DNA of 64,000 nt from a virus (lineage: Duplodnaviria; Caudoviricetes), in the IMG/VR virus record IMGVR_UViG_3300027971_000029, positions 60,558 to 124,557 of that record; one strand, written 5' to 3'. Shown here piece by piece: positions 9,854 to 18,531 of this stretch. A model generated the notes under the pieces. That model searched no databases. It was given only the letters and a program-made list of their open reading frames with translations, and was not told the origin of the DNA. The position numbers and the translations under genes were made by a program. The first letter of the stretch is position 1. Each line of letters opens with the position of its first letter.

Positions 9854-9882
9854 AGTATACACCAGATTGGTAGAAATGTCAA
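9854..9882 (-). promoter_or_regulatory. sigma70 early promoter
   Basis: TTGACA-17bp-TATACT-GTAGT. Confidence 0.85.
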
Positions 9883-9889
9883 GTGTTTT

Positions 9890-10114
9890 TTACGCACTAA
9901 TTTCAAAAAGTTTGCCTTCGCAACCTGATGTTACAGTGATTTTTTTGCCACCGATTGTGATGTAGCCGTAGCAACCATCATCATAGATGCCGAAAGGGCA
10001 GGGTTCGATTGTCACGGACCGAACAATCTCGCAAAACCCCCACCGCTTTGTGGGCAGGGTGCCACCGAAATACCTCATATTTTCTATGGAGGTGATTAGG
10101 ACTTTTGCTTTCAT
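9890..10114 (-). CDS. hypothetical early protein
   Basis: monocistronic ORF between two promoters. Confidence 0.6.
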   Translation of the reverse strand: MKAKVLITSIENMRYFGGTLPTKRWGFCEIVRSVTIEPCPFGIYDDGCYGYITIGGKKITVTSGCEGKLFEISA

Positions 10115-10142
10115 CGGTGACCTTTCTTACTAACTTAACTAC

Positions 10143-10171
10143 AGTATAGCGCAGTTCTACCGATTTGTCAA
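10143..10171 (-). promoter_or_regulatory. sigma70 early promoter
   Basis: TTGACA-17bp-TATACT-GTAGT. Confidence 0.85.
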
Positions 10172-10351
10172 GTGTTTTTAATGTATACTTTAGTGTATAC
10201 GGGAAACATCATTGTTCCATCGGGTCGCCAAGTGTGTACTCAGTAATCCACTCAATGGTAAATTTTTCGCCTTTGTGTTCTTTCACATAGGAAATCATTG
10301 TATCAAGGTCACGGAAAATCAGGCTTCCGAGTTCATTCGTAATTCTAAACA

Positions 10352-10726
10352 TTATTTTCTTTCAAAGTAGCGATAAGGGAGACCGTTCAGGAAACAGAAG
10401 TATTCCCAGTCACCATTGGCGGTGCTAGCCTCCATAATCCAACGAAGTGCAGTTTCACGGTCACGAGCACCCATGCAAATGGTGTTGATAACATGCTGTT
10501 CGAAGTTCTTTACAGCGGTGGCTTCAGCGGCTTCACGAGCCACAGCCTCTGCATCGATAACATTAGCGAGTAAGTCAAACTCAGCCATGAAGTCAGCTTC
10601 GGTCCAGCTGGAAGTGTCGATACCACGAGGGCGAACACCATAGGCGTCCTTGTACATGTCCCAGTACTGGCACTGCAACTGCTCTAGGACAGTCATCTCT
10701 TCCCAGCTTGTAAAAACTTCATTCAT
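10352..10726 (-). CDS. conserved early phage protein
   Basis: DMYKDAYGVRPR...GARDRETALRWI...GLPY motif. Confidence 0.75.
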   Translation of the reverse strand: MNEVFTSWEEMTVLEQLQCQYWDMYKDAYGVRPRGIDTSSWTEADFMAEFDLLANVIDAEAVAREAAEATAVKNFEQHVINTICMGARDRETALRWIMEASTANGDWEYFCFLNGLPYRYFERK

Positions 10727-10735
10727 ATCAATTCC

Positions 10736-11008
10736 TTAGTTCGACCAAAAAGATTCGGAACGGGGTGAGCAATGGTACGGTGTATCGTATCGTTCTTGGA
10801 ATTCTTTACCAGTCATCAGATTACGAGTAGTCACAAAGGTTGCGAACACTTCAACGACAAAACCATTCTCACGGATGCTATCAGCAACGGACTTGATAGC
10901 GGCATCGGTGGAAGGTGCAAAATCACGCACTTCAACCAAACGGCGACCTGCTTTGGTACGCTTATCGGTCTTGTAAATTTCGAGGGTGTATTCTTTCATT
11001 GCAGACAT
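10736..11008 (-). CDS. hypothetical early protein
   Basis: YKTDKRTKAG...RNLMTGKEF.E..DTPY.CSP.SE motif; start at MSAMKE. Confidence 0.7.
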   Translation of the reverse strand: MSAMKEYTLEIYKTDKRTKAGRRLVEVRDFAPSTDAAIKSVADSIRENGFVVEVFATFVTTRNLMTGKEFQERYDTPYHCSPRSESFWSN

Positions 11009-11038
11009 TTGGTTTCCTTTTCTTACTAACTTAACTAC

Positions 11039-11067
11039 AGTATACAACAGATTGGCACACTTGTCAA
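11039..11067 (-). promoter_or_regulatory. sigma70 early promoter
   Basis: TTGACA-17bp-TATACT-GTAGT. Confidence 0.85.
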
Positions 11068-11133
11068 GCAATAAAAGTTGTTATTTGCCAGTAATTTTTC
11101 AACTGGCGACCTCGGGGATCCGATCCCTCTGTC

Positions 11134-11328
11134 TTAATCGTACAAGCACTCAAAGGCGTATTGTTCATCACTCATGGTCTGAGCCGCAAGCAAATCAACA
11201 GAAATCACTTCGAGAAAGGACTCAACCTGTTCAACAGGAAACTTCACAATCTCAGCAATCTCAGCACTATCGTAACCAGCACAGGCTAGTTCTTCGATAC
11301 TGAGGGCTAGGTCGGACATCTTACTCAT
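11134..11328 (-). CDS. hypothetical early protein
   Basis: first ORF after the promoter. Confidence 0.6.
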   Translation of the reverse strand: MSKMSDLALSIEELACAGYDSAEIAEIVKFPVEQVESFLEVISVDLLAAQTMSDEQYAFECLYD

Positions 11329-11361
11329 TTTTTCAACTCACTTTTTTGCTAACTTGAATGT

Positions 11362-11390
11362 ATTATAGCGCAATTCGGTACAATTGTCAA
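11362..11390 (-). promoter_or_regulatory. sigma70 early promoter
   Basis: TTGACA-17bp-TATAAT. Confidence 0.85.
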
Positions 11391-12205
11391 GCACTATTTG
11401 TTGTTATTTTGCTCAAGCGCCAGCGACTTTGATAGTTGCAACTCCTCTTGCAGTTCTCGCTGATTCAACTGTTCGCCAATCTCAATCAGCAACTCATGCA
11501 AGGCTTCGGTTTTGAGGTACAGGTTGTCGATTTGTGGGTCATACAACCTAGTGAATGTTCTCAACTTCCAATCTACAGCATCCACCGCTTGGCAGAGTTC
11601 ATTGTACTTGGCGTTAATTTCATCAATGTTTTTCATAGGTTCACCTTGCAAATAACAATCTCAACTCATAACGAGCACCTAAACGGCTAGAGAACCAACG
11701 GGCTAAGCCGCTATCATAGTCTTGGCAGAGACCAGTGTTCCATCCTGTTGCTGGTGGTGTGGGGTGTGTCGTTTTCATAGGTGTATTATATCGCAACTCT
11801 GCCGATTAGTCACACACTATAGTTGCGATTTACTTGCTACGGCGATATTCTTTTCCGTCTATGATAAGCACATGGTTATAGGAATCAGCATCGACTTCGT
11901 TCACTTTAGTTTGCAACTGTTGCAAACCTTGGTGGGCTAGTTCTATGCACTTTGTGGGACCGAGAGTAGCAATTACCAGACCCAATATGATACCAACAAT
12001 AAAATGCATGTTAACGACCTCCGTTGGATGCTTTGCAATAGCCAAGATTCTTCAGTTCAGCAACTTTGTGTCCGTTGTAGGAAATGCTTCCCCGTTTCAT
12101 TGGCCAAGTTCTTTCAGCAGGTCGAGCCTTGCGAGTAGCTAAGACTGACACATAGACACCAAGTTCTTCGTTGAAATATTTGTTAACAACTTTCATTGTG
12201 TTTCC

Positions 12206-12523
12206 TTAGAATGTATTCAGTGAGGGATTCAGTTCAGAAATCAACTGTCGTTCTCGCTGGTGCGCTGGTTTGCGACCACGGACAACTTCAATCACTTGAT
12301 AGGTCCATGTACAGTCACTCAGTTCACGGAGAGCCGTACACATAGCCCATGCTTTATTCTCGCACTTAGCACGGCTCATATGCTTTTGCCAGCGGACTTT
12401 GACCGAACGGAGATATGCTTGTCCTTGCGCTACAGTCAGGCCGATGTAGCTATCGCCAGTGTCTATGCACTCTACACGATACAGCACATGGTTTCTGTCT
12501 TGGCGGGGTTTTCTTTTCAGCAT
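12206..12523 (-). CDS. small GIY-YIG domain protein, probably leaderless
   Basis: HVLYRV...DSYIGLT...RWQKH...E..LI....P.LN; ATG at 12523 coincides with the predicted +1. Confidence 0.75.
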   Translation of the reverse strand: MLKRKPRQDRNHVLYRVECIDTGDSYIGLTVAQGQAYLRSVKVRWQKHMSRAKCENKAWAMCTALRELSDCTWTYQVIEVVRGRKPAHQRERQLISELNPSLNTF

Positions 12524-12529
12524 ATGCAT

Positions 12530-12558
12530 ATAATAGCACAAACTGGCAGTAATGTCAA
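12530..12558 (-). promoter_or_regulatory. sigma70 promoter
   Basis: TTGACA-17bp-TATTAT. Confidence 0.75.
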
Positions 12559-12783
12559 GTACTATTGTTGCGATTAAAATACACTTTCAAAATTGTCGGA
12601 CATAACTTCAGCACGAGCAAACTCAACTGTATCACGAACTCGGTCTTTCATTGGGAGTTCGGAATATTCTATTTTGGTTTGGTTCTCAGATATCATTATT
12701 TGATTGGACAAATAATAGACAACTTCAAGCAATTCGGTGTAGGTGGGTTTCATAATTTTTCTGCTTTCTCAATCTATGGATAG

Positions 12784-12812
12784 AGTATAGCACTAAATGT
12801 CACACTTGTCAA
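12784..12812 (-). promoter_or_regulatory. sigma70 early promoter
   Basis: TTGACA-17bp-TATACT. Confidence 0.8.
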
Positions 12813-12847
12813 GCACTTTTAGTTGCGAAAATACAACAAGATTTGTG

Positions 12848-12876
12848 TTGACAGGCTCGGATTTCTGTGATATAAT
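12848..12876 (+). promoter_or_regulatory. consensus sigma70 promoter on the plus strand (antisense orientation)
   Basis: TTGACA 12848-53, 17 bp, TATAAT 12871-76. Confidence 0.7.
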
Positions 12877-12887
12877 AGAGGGTTACG

Positions 12888-13193
12888 CTACCACTTGCCG
12901 CTTACATCCCAGCCTTCGTAGCCATCCATGTCTGGTATGTCTGGCACACCCACTGCGAATTCATCGATACTCACTGAGTCACTCTGTTCGCCACTGTTTA
13001 TTCTTCGTATCTTCTCTAGTGTAGCGACACCCTCTGGTGTTTGCTGATACTCAAGCATGGCGATTCTGCGCTTTTCGTTAGTGTCTTCGCTGTGTTCTCG
13101 CACATTACCACACGATGCAGAGCAATATGGTCCTCTTTTGCGGTGTTTTATCCCACACCTCGGGCATTCTTTCTCTCTGAAGATTCCTGGCAT
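12888..13193 (-). CDS. small Zn-finger protein
   Basis: CPRC...YCSASC motif. Confidence 0.6.
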   Translation of the reverse strand: MPGIFREKECPRCGIKHRKRGPYCSASCGNVREHSEDTNEKRRIAMLEYQQTPEGVATLEKIRRINSGEQSDSVSIDEFAVGVPDIPDMDGYEGWDVSGKW

Positions 13194-13862
13194 ATTTAAT
13201 AATACCGTTTGCACCCCACATTATGACACATTATTGCACTGCCGTTTCACTCTTTCTTCTTTCTTTTTTAATCTTCTTAGAGTCTTAGCATCTCTGAGTC
13301 TTTTCTGAAATTCTCTGTGTGCTTCTAATGCTTTAATCTCTTCTCTGACCATCATAGCGATTAGTTGCACCTGTGTGTCTTTCAGTGGCAGATTGTGTTT
13401 AATGAAGAATTGAATTATCTCATTATATGTAAATGTCTTTGGTTTCATATTATTGCACTCTATTATGTTCTTTATTCATATCTTGATTCCCGCCAGTCAT
13501 TTCTTAATTTAAGAAGTATTTTAGTTGATTCGCCAGCATCTGATGAATAAAGCAAAACATCAAATATGCGTTCTAATTCTTGGTTAGGTCGGTTGTACCA
13601 TGTGCCAATGAATCTACCATGCGGATTTCTTATACCTCTTATTGTATTTGGTCCTGAGACATATACATGAGCCGATGGTGTCAATATCTTTCTTTTAATC
13701 CAATCACAATACTCGGCCCAGTTGCCTGCGATAATATAGTTTTTCATTGTGCCATTAGTGCAATTGTTAATAGAAACCACCAGCCGGACCAGTTATATGT
13801 TACCATGAGAAACACTGTTCCGGCTACTAGTGCAAGATTGTATATCAGTTTCATTGCTACTA

Positions 13863-14258
13863 TCATTTTGTTTGCTCTGCTAGTTTCTTATATCCTGCCC
13901 AACTCGGATGCACTTTGTCTGCTTGTAGGTTTGATATGGGTAACACTGTATCACCATAGTCCTTCGCTACTAACTGAACCATCTGTTGTATATCAGGTTT
14001 GATTGCTGGCAATATCCAGAATACTCTAGCGGCTTCGACTTTTGCTCTTAACTGTTGCAGTTCCCATAGTGTACGAACACCTGCATGGTCGTTTGAACCT
14101 AGACTGATAATCACTGTGTTTGCATTCAGTTTTCTATTCGCATTCTGTTTGTTCCATTGCCAGCTATTAATACCGCCTTTAGCATATGCGACACACTCAG
14201 GTTTGAATTGATGTGTGCCAACTGCAATACTATCACCTACAATCAAACAATCAATCAT
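13863..14258 (-). CDS. SGNH/GDSL hydrolase-like protein
   Basis: GDSIA block I, LGSND block III, DKVHP block V. Confidence 0.8.
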   Translation of the reverse strand: MIDCLIVGDSIAVGTHQFKPECVAYAKGGINSWQWNKQNANRKLNANTVIISLGSNDHAGVRTLWELQQLRAKVEAARVFWILPAIKPDIQQMVQLVAKDYGDTVLPISNLQADKVHPSWAGYKKLAEQTK

Positions 14259-14596
14259 CTTGATACCCTCAGTTCGGCTTCTGGATTGTCCCAACATGCA
14301 TCACGATAATTGCTTACAAATTCAACCAGACCTTTATAAGTACCCCAACCATTCTCAGGCTCAAATATTTTATAATACTCTGGATCAGAGAGTAGGATTT
14401 TCAAACCCTCATCTAGATAATATACAATGTTTCTTGCATGAACAAACCCATGTTCATCGGGTCGCCATAGTACATTGTATAATGTCAGACCATTAGACAC
14501 TTTGACTTCACCAGCCATTATAGCCAAATTGTGTGTGATGTTGCTACTGTATACCGAACAAGGTTGAGTAACCATCAAATCAACATCAAGACTCAT
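14255..14596 (-). CDS. conserved hypothetical phage protein
   Basis: NITHNL..MA...PENGWGTY motif. Confidence 0.7.
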   Translation of the reverse strand: MSLDVDLMVTQPCSVYSSNITHNLAIMAGEVKVSNGLTLYNVLWRPDEHGFVHARNIVYYLDEGLKILLSDPEYYKIFEPENGWGTYKGLVEFVSNYRDACWDNPEAELRVSR

Positions 14597-14828
14597 CTTT
14601 ATAATCTTCCATAAAATAATTAATGTACTTCAAAGCCTCTTCAGCCTCAGGTTCTGTGCATCCATATCGTTCAATCAAAACTGTCTTCATCTCAGCATGT
14701 TCCATATATTCAATCAGGTCATCATAGTCCCAATCGAATGTATGGTCCATGTCATACCACAGAGACAGTTTGCCGTTTGCATTATAGAATGCATACCAGC
14801 AACTATTACTCCATCTGGCGTAACTCAT
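14586..14828 (-). CDS. hypothetical protein
   Basis: MSYARWSNS.WY; coupled ORF. Confidence 0.6.
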   Translation of the reverse strand: MSYARWSNSCWYAFYNANGKLSLWYDMDHTFDWDYDDLIEYMEHAEMKTVLIERYGCTEPEAEEALKYINYFMEDYKDES

Positions 14829-15937
14829 CAGAATGCATCAAAGTTAAAGTACTTCGGTACTTCTTTTGATAGAATCACAGTGATATCATCTTTCTCAAAG
14901 ATGAATTGACCACTACTGGCATTGTACTTGACCATATTGCTATTGTTCAATGATTTCTCATGCCAACCATTTCCACTGTCATCTTCAACATCTTCATCAC
15001 CAAGAGTCTCATTTAGAAGTTTAGCGGCTTCTTTTTTGTGTTTAAACCAGTAACTAATATCAATCTCTCTTTGAGTAGACAATGGCGAACCAACCCAAAC
15101 AGATGGGCTTACTCTATCTGCTTTTCTGTCACCACGCCACACTTCGACATTGTATGATGTACCACCATCAAACTCTGCTTTGACATTCAGAATACGCATA
15201 GCCTCTTGAGGTGTTTCGTTGTAACGATTCATCTCTTCGACAACTGCTTTCAGCATGTCAAAATTGAATGATGCAAACACAGATGCAATATTCACCATAG
15301 AATCGATGTGTGCTTTGTTGGCCAAGTTATCGTTGCAGTATTCACGAATGAAATTCTCATCTAAGCCTTTGAATTCTACCATATAGAAGATACGACCAGG
15401 GCGATTTCTCATATGCTCATCTACACGCCATTTGTCGTTGCTGGTTAGCATAAACAATTTTTTAGATGTGAAGATGCCATCTAGCAATGTCAACAGTCTT
15501 TCTTGGTCTTCTCTATCATAGACCTTTTCAAACTCATCAAAGAAAACAATGCATGGTTGTTCAATAGATTGAATCAATGTATTGAATTTGTCACCAGTAA
15601 ACTCAGCATTCACTACAATGGTCGGCACACCTTGCTTAGCCAACTCAACTGAGATGTTTTTACTCAATAGCGTTTTGCCTGAGCCTTTCTCACCAACAAG
15701 CATTACACCTGTACTTTGGTCACGATTCCAGAAACTATTGATAATTCTATCAGTGTTTCTAGCGGTATCACCATATAACTTTGTGGGTAGGGTGAAGTCT
15801 TCAATGTGTTCAATGAAGAAGTTTTCGTATTGGTCTTGCTTTACAACATAGTTACCAGCTGGTAACTGCTCATGCAAATCCATCGATTCTTTGGTCGCAA
15901 TACGGAATGTATTGCCTGATTTCATGTAGTAACTCAT
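14828..15937 (-). CDS. AAA+ ATPase
   Basis: Walker A GEKGSGKT, Walker B FFDEFEK, NRPGR arginine finger. Confidence 0.9.
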   Translation of the reverse strand: MSYYMKSGNTFRIATKESMDLHEQLPAGNYVVKQDQYENFFIEHIEDFTLPTKLYGDTARNTDRIINSFWNRDQSTGVMLVGEKGSGKTLLSKNISVELAKQGVPTIVVNAEFTGDKFNTLIQSIEQPCIVFFDEFEKVYDREDQERLLTLLDGIFTSKKLFMLTSNDKWRVDEHMRNRPGRIFYMVEFKGLDENFIREYCNDNLANKAHIDSMVNIASVFASFNFDMLKAVVEEMNRYNETPQEAMRILNVKAEFDGGTSYNVEVWRGDRKADRVSPSVWVGSPLSTQREIDISYWFKHKKEAAKLLNETLGDEDVEDDSGNGWHEKSLNNSNMVKYNASSGQFIFEKDDITVILSKEVPKYFNFDAF

Positions 15938-15945
15938 AATAAACC

Positions 15946-16302
15946 TTATGTATTTCGTGTCATTTGGCGCAAAATTCTAACATTATCATCTGGTGCTAGA
16001 TAGCATCTCGCATTGATTATGGTTGAATTTTCAAGTAGATTCTCCATCTTTGTGAATTCGATTAATTTATTCTCAATCATGTATTTGACCAAGTGGTCAG
16101 CAACTCTCCATTTGATGGCATCTGGATTCAAACTGATGGTATCAAAATTTGATAATGTTATGTTCACATTAACAAGTTTACCACCAATAGCAATGTCAGT
16201 GTACTTACCAACATAATTGTTGTCCCAAACATCATTAAGAATTGTAGAACTACCGACACCACCATTCACAATTGGCAGTGCTGTAGAATTAGAAAATGCC
16301 AT
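15946..16302 (-). CDS. hypothetical protein
   Basis: 118-aa ORF. Confidence 0.55.
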   Translation of the reverse strand: MAFSNSTALPIVNGGVGSSTILNDVWDNNYVGKYTDIAIGGKLVNVNITLSNFDTISLNPDAIKWRVADHLVKYMIENKLIEFTKMENLLENSTIINARCYLAPDDNVRILRQMTRNT

Positions 16303-16340
16303 ATTTAATCACTCTCATAACTAACTCCTTCATAAAAAAC

Positions 16341-16424
16341 TGGTGCGAGTGGCGGGACTCGAACCCGCATACCTTGCGGCGGCAGATTTTAAGTCTGCTG
16401 TGTATACCATTCCACCACACTCGC
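16341..16424 (-). tRNA. tRNA-Leu(TAA)
   Basis: cloverleaf, long variable arm, loop CTTAAAA, encoded CCA. Confidence 0.93.
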
Positions 16425-16429
16425 TTGAT

Positions 16430-16504
16430 TGGTCCGGCGTGAGAGAATCGAACTCCCATCAGAAGGGTAGAAGCCTACTGTACTATCCATTGTACTAACG
16501 CCAG
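16430..16504 (-). tRNA. tRNA-Arg(TCT)
   Basis: loop CTTCTAC, GTTCGA T-loop, CCA. Confidence 0.9.
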
Positions 16505-16510
16505 AATATT

Positions 16511-16777
16511 TTATTTGAATATTGCAGACCACTTCTGCAATTTTTGTCGTTTAAGACCTGATGCATTCAGTAATTCTTCTCGGTTAATCATACCTGATTC
16601 AACCATCAATTCAATCATGCAATGCAAGTCACCTAACTCTTCAGTTAATCGTTGCTTATTTGTACGCTCATTGTACATTTCATTTAGACCAAATCGGAAA
16701 CACTTGCTAATAGCCTGTGTGACCTCTGCACATTCTTCCTGTGCAATCAACATAATTTCTCTATCAACATCATTCAT
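16511..16777 (-). CDS. MazG-like NTP pyrophosphohydrolase
   Basis: EECAEV..AISK..RFG...L.EELGDL. Confidence 0.8.
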   Translation of the reverse strand: MNDVDREIMLIAQEECAEVTQAISKCFRFGLNEMYNERTNKQRLTEELGDLHCMIELMVESGMINREELLNASGLKRQKLQKWSAIFK

Positions 16778-16835
16778 TGTGCTTTCTCCTAATGAATGCA
16801 TTATAACACAACCACACAGACTTGTGTGGCAATAA

Positions 16836-16919
16836 TGGTGCCCCAAGAGAGACTCGAACTCTCAATCCTTTCGGCACTGGTTTCTAAGACCAGCGTGTAT
16901 ACCATTCCACCATCGGGGC
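16836..16919 (-). tRNA. tRNA-Leu(TAG)
   Basis: loop CTTAGAA, long variable arm, CCA. Confidence 0.93.
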
Positions 16920-16946
16920 ATAAATTTGCATTGCTTTTAAATTATA

Positions 16947-17141
16947 TTCAACATCTCGTAGCCAGGATTCTGTTTTTACCCTAACATTAATCTTTGCCAC
17001 AACCCGAATCAATAGCGCAAGTGTTGCCTGACTCTGTTTGTGTTGCTTGTTATATCACGGTAGTTTAATGCTTTCGCTCCTACACACACTTGCCACAAGT
17101 CCTGAACTTCCTCTGTTACCAGCGTTAGGTCGGATGTTGAA
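16947..17141 (-). ncRNA. rnpB: minimal RNase P RNA-like gene (about 195 nt)
   Basis: P1 TTCAACATC/GATGTTGAA; P2 CCTAAC/GTTAGG; mini P3 CTG-GTAA-CAG; CR-I GAGGAAGTTCAGGA; CR-IV AGATTAATG; CR-V AACAGAATCCTGGCTA, complementary to CR-I (P4). Confidence 0.8.
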
Positions 17142-17147
17142 ATTCTT

Positions 17148-17223
17148 TGGTGCTACCTAGAGGAATCGAACCTCTTTCAATGGTTCTTCAGACCACCGCT
17201 ATGACCACATCAGCTAAAGTAGC
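17148..17223 (-). tRNA. tRNA-Phe(GAA)
   Basis: loop CTGAAGA, CCA. Confidence 0.9.
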
Positions 17224-17224
17224 A

Positions 17225-17298
17225 TGGTGCTCTCACCGAGAATTGAACTCAGAATTCATCCTTACCAAGGATGTGTTATACCACTTAACTATGAGAGC
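17225..17298 (-). tRNA. tRNA-Thr(GGT)
   Basis: loop TTGGTAA, CCA. Confidence 0.9.
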
Positions 17299-17305
17299 GA
17301 TTGAA

Positions 17306-17502
17306 TTTGTAAGTAGTTTCACCCATATTATTGAAACCATTCACCTTAGTATATAAAGCCGGCAAGGTCTCGGTACGCCACTTGGGATACTCAACAAAGG
17401 TGCTCCGATGCGTTTACGGGACTCGAACCCGTCCTTCTTTTTCATTAGTTGGCTCTTCGAAGAAGCCTTCTAGCGAGTCTTTCTCTTGCTGACACTTACA
17501 AA
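17306..17502 (-). ncRNA. unidentified structured RNA (about 197 nt) with an internal T-arm-like hairpin
   Basis: terminal stem TTTGTAAGT/ACTTACAAA, UUCG hairpin, ACGGG-TTCGAGT-CCCGT, CACCTT/AAGGTG, GTTTCA/TGAAAC. Confidence 0.6.
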
Positions 17503-17505
17503 ACT

Positions 17506-17580
17506 TGGTACCTTGTGACGGGATTGAACCGCCGACCTTCTCCGTGTAAAAGAGTTACTCTACCGCTGAGTTAACAAGGC
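17506..17580 (-). tRNA. tRNA-Val(TAC)
   Basis: loop TTTACAC, CCA. Confidence 0.9.
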
Positions 17581-17583
17581 AAA

Positions 17584-18159
17584 TTACATAGTGGGACCGT
17601 TGCCGTTTTTAAAGCCAACGGAACCACCTTCTTCATTGATTCTCTTAATCACATCTTCAAAGAGAATTGGTCTAAAATCTGTTTGTTCTACACAAACACA
17701 ATGGTAACGGGTGTCAATTTCATATTCACCCCACACTTCAGTCTTCACACGGTTTGAATGGGTGTGACCATGAATGTTTGTACCAAAACGACCTAGACTG
17801 TCACTATGAATTGGGATATGACTAAGAATCATTCCATTCATTACATGATATGCTCTCAATTCACGAAAATGAATTCTGTATTCATCATCACGAAAGATAT
17901 CATGGTTACCACGAATCAGAACTTTATCACCATTCAGCCTGTGCATGATGCTAAGTGCCTTTCGGTTGATTACAACATCACCGAGGTGGTACACTTTATC
18001 ATTTGGTCGAACAGTTTCGTTCCATCGCTTGACCATTTCTTCATCCATATCTTCTGGATTGTCCCATGGTCTTAATTTCGTTACTCCGTCATCACGAAGA
18101 AACTTACACACTCCAGCATGACCAAAATGTGTGTCACTTGTTAAAAATACTGAAGGCAT
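17584..18159 (-). CDS. calcineurin-like metallophosphoesterase
   Basis: SDTHFGH, HLGDV, GNHD, HGHTH motifs. Confidence 0.88.
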   Translation of the reverse strand: MPSVFLTSDTHFGHAGVCKFLRDDGVTKLRPWDNPEDMDEEMVKRWNETVRPNDKVYHLGDVVINRKALSIMHRLNGDKVLIRGNHDIFRDDEYRIHFRELRAYHVMNGMILSHIPIHSDSLGRFGTNIHGHTHSNRVKTEVWGEYEIDTRYHCVCVEQTDFRPILFEDVIKRINEEGGSVGFKNGNGPTM

Positions 18160-18182
18160 AATTTTCTCCTATTAATTCGCTT

Positions 18183-18258
18183 TGGGTTGTGCTATGAGGA
18201 TTGAACTCATACTATCTCGGTCACAGCGAGAGGTGCAGACCACTACACTAAGCACAAC
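18183..18258 (-). tRNA. tRNA-His(GTG)
   Basis: loop CTGTGAC, G-1:C73, CCA. Confidence 0.9.
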
Positions 18259-18288
18259 CCAAAACAAATTGGTATCATAAATATAAGG

Positions 18289-18531
18289 ATGTTTTGGACC
18301 ATTGTCATCATAAGCGTTGGTATTATATCACCAAACATTCAATATGTGGGGCAATTTACAGAAGAAGCCCAATGTACGAATGCTTTGGCAACTCTGAAGA
18401 CTCAAACTTATCCACCGCAAGTAAAACTAACATGCGCTCAATTTCCTGAGCCACCGATACCTCCTGCGCCACCGCCACCAGCTAAAGTCACACCAAAAGA
18501 ATCAATATCTTCAAAAGATGCTAAGAAATGA
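18289..18531 (+). CDS. small secreted/membrane protein with Pro-rich tail
   Basis: AAGGA RBS, upstream CATAAATA late-like promoter, coupled to the next ORF. Confidence 0.65.
   Translation: MFWTIVIISVGIISPNIQYVGQFTEEAQCTNALATLKTQTYPPQVKLTCAQFPEPPIPPAPPPPAKVTPKESISSKDAKK

Noticed and set aside
8860-11390. CRISPR-like array of repeats
   Set aside because: The repeats are degenerate promoters spaced hundreds of bp apart with ORFs between them; no cas genes.
17306-17502. tmRNA (standard or permuted) or an intron-split tRNA
   Set aside because: The T-arm is not followed by an acceptor strand and CCA, there is no G3:U70 stem, and no tag ORF was found.
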